64,000 nucleotides of DNA from Camelus dromedarius (Eukaryota): positions 3,536,001 to 3,600,000 of the forward strand of contig NC_087438.1 in NCBI RefSeq assembly GCF_036321535.1, read 5' to 3'. The position numbers and the translations under genes were made by a program. A model generated the notes under the pieces. The model did no database searches and was not told the DNA's origin. It was given only the letters and a program-made list of their open reading frames with translations. Positions 63,293 to 64,000 of this stretch are shown one piece after another; positions within the stretch are counted from its first letter, which is position 1; each line of letters starts with the position of its first letter.

Positions 63293-64000
63293 ACACACCT
63301 ACAGTCAAGTAACCTTTGACAAAAGGGACAAGAACACAGAATGGAGAAAGGACAGTCTTTCCAGCAAATTGCGCTGGAAAGAAGTTGGACAGCCCCACGT
63401 AAATCACTGAAGCTAGAACACTCCCTCACACACACACAAAAATAAACTCCAAATGGCTTAAAGACTTAAATATATAAGACAGGACACCATAAAATTCTTA
63501 GAAGAGAACACAGGCAAAACATTCTCGACATAAATCGTAGCGATGTTTTCTGAGGGCAGTCTCCCAAGGCAAAGAAATAAAAGCAAAACTAAACAAATGG
63601 GACCTAATCAAACTTACAAAATTTTGCACAGCAAAGGAAGCCATAAGCAAATGAGAAGACAACCTACGGAATGAGAGAAAATATTGCAAACGATGCAACT
63701 AACAAAATATGCAAACAGCTCATAACAACACAATAACGAAAAGCAAACAGCCCGATCAAAAGGGCAGAAAACCTAAAAAGATATTTCCTCAGAGAAGATA
63801 TACAGATGGCCACTAGGCACATGAAAAGATGATCAACATCACTAGTTACTAGAGAAATGCAAATCAAAACTACAATGAAGTTCACTTCACACCAGTCAGA
63901 ATGGCCTCATCAAAAAGTCTACAAATAATAAACACTGGAGAGAGTGTGGAGAAAAGGGAACCATCCTACACGGTTGGTGGGAATGGAAATTGGTGCAGCC
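63293..64000 (+). mobile_element. L1 ORF2 3' region (same lineage as 20023-21328), running off the window
   Basis: cacacctacagtcaagtaacctttgacaaaagg...aaatgggacctaatcaaacttaca...agagaaatgcaaatcaaaactacaatga; frameshifted. Confidence 0.92.

Overview
Mammalian genomic DNA, most likely camelid. This is inferred from tRNA-Ala-derived Vic-1-like SINEs, cetartiodactyl-type L1 3' ends, and no recognisable Alu, BovB/Bov-tA or PRE-1. The only protein-coding content I can support is the 3' end of ADAMTS16 on the + strand: five exons (29896-30097, 30231-30425, 31221-31445, 34508-34655, 35380-35495). They splice GT-AG in frame into four C-terminal thrombospondin type-1 repeats plus the PLAC domain, followed by a ~1 kb 3' UTR with AATAAA at 36495. 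Positions 1-29895 appear to be one long intron whose upstream exon I could not find in the window; 36.5-64 kb is intergenic. The rest is interspersed repeats (L1, L2, MIR, SINE, solo LTRs, MaLR, hAT), several with readable target-site duplications, plus simple repeats. I found no prokaryote-style novel system. The most interesting observations are: (1) a 6x19-bp minisatellite that multiplies an ADAMTS16 5' splice site, with one copy in frame; (2) a symmetric octamer/Sox-Oct/E-box/AP-1 cluster at 57.4 kb; (3) a local AT-to-GC conversion of old repeats near 48 kb; (4) an N-glycosylation sequon inside a POFUT2 O-fucosylation motif. Repeat family names and human comparisons come from memory of consensus sequences, and repeat boundaries without TSDs are approximate.
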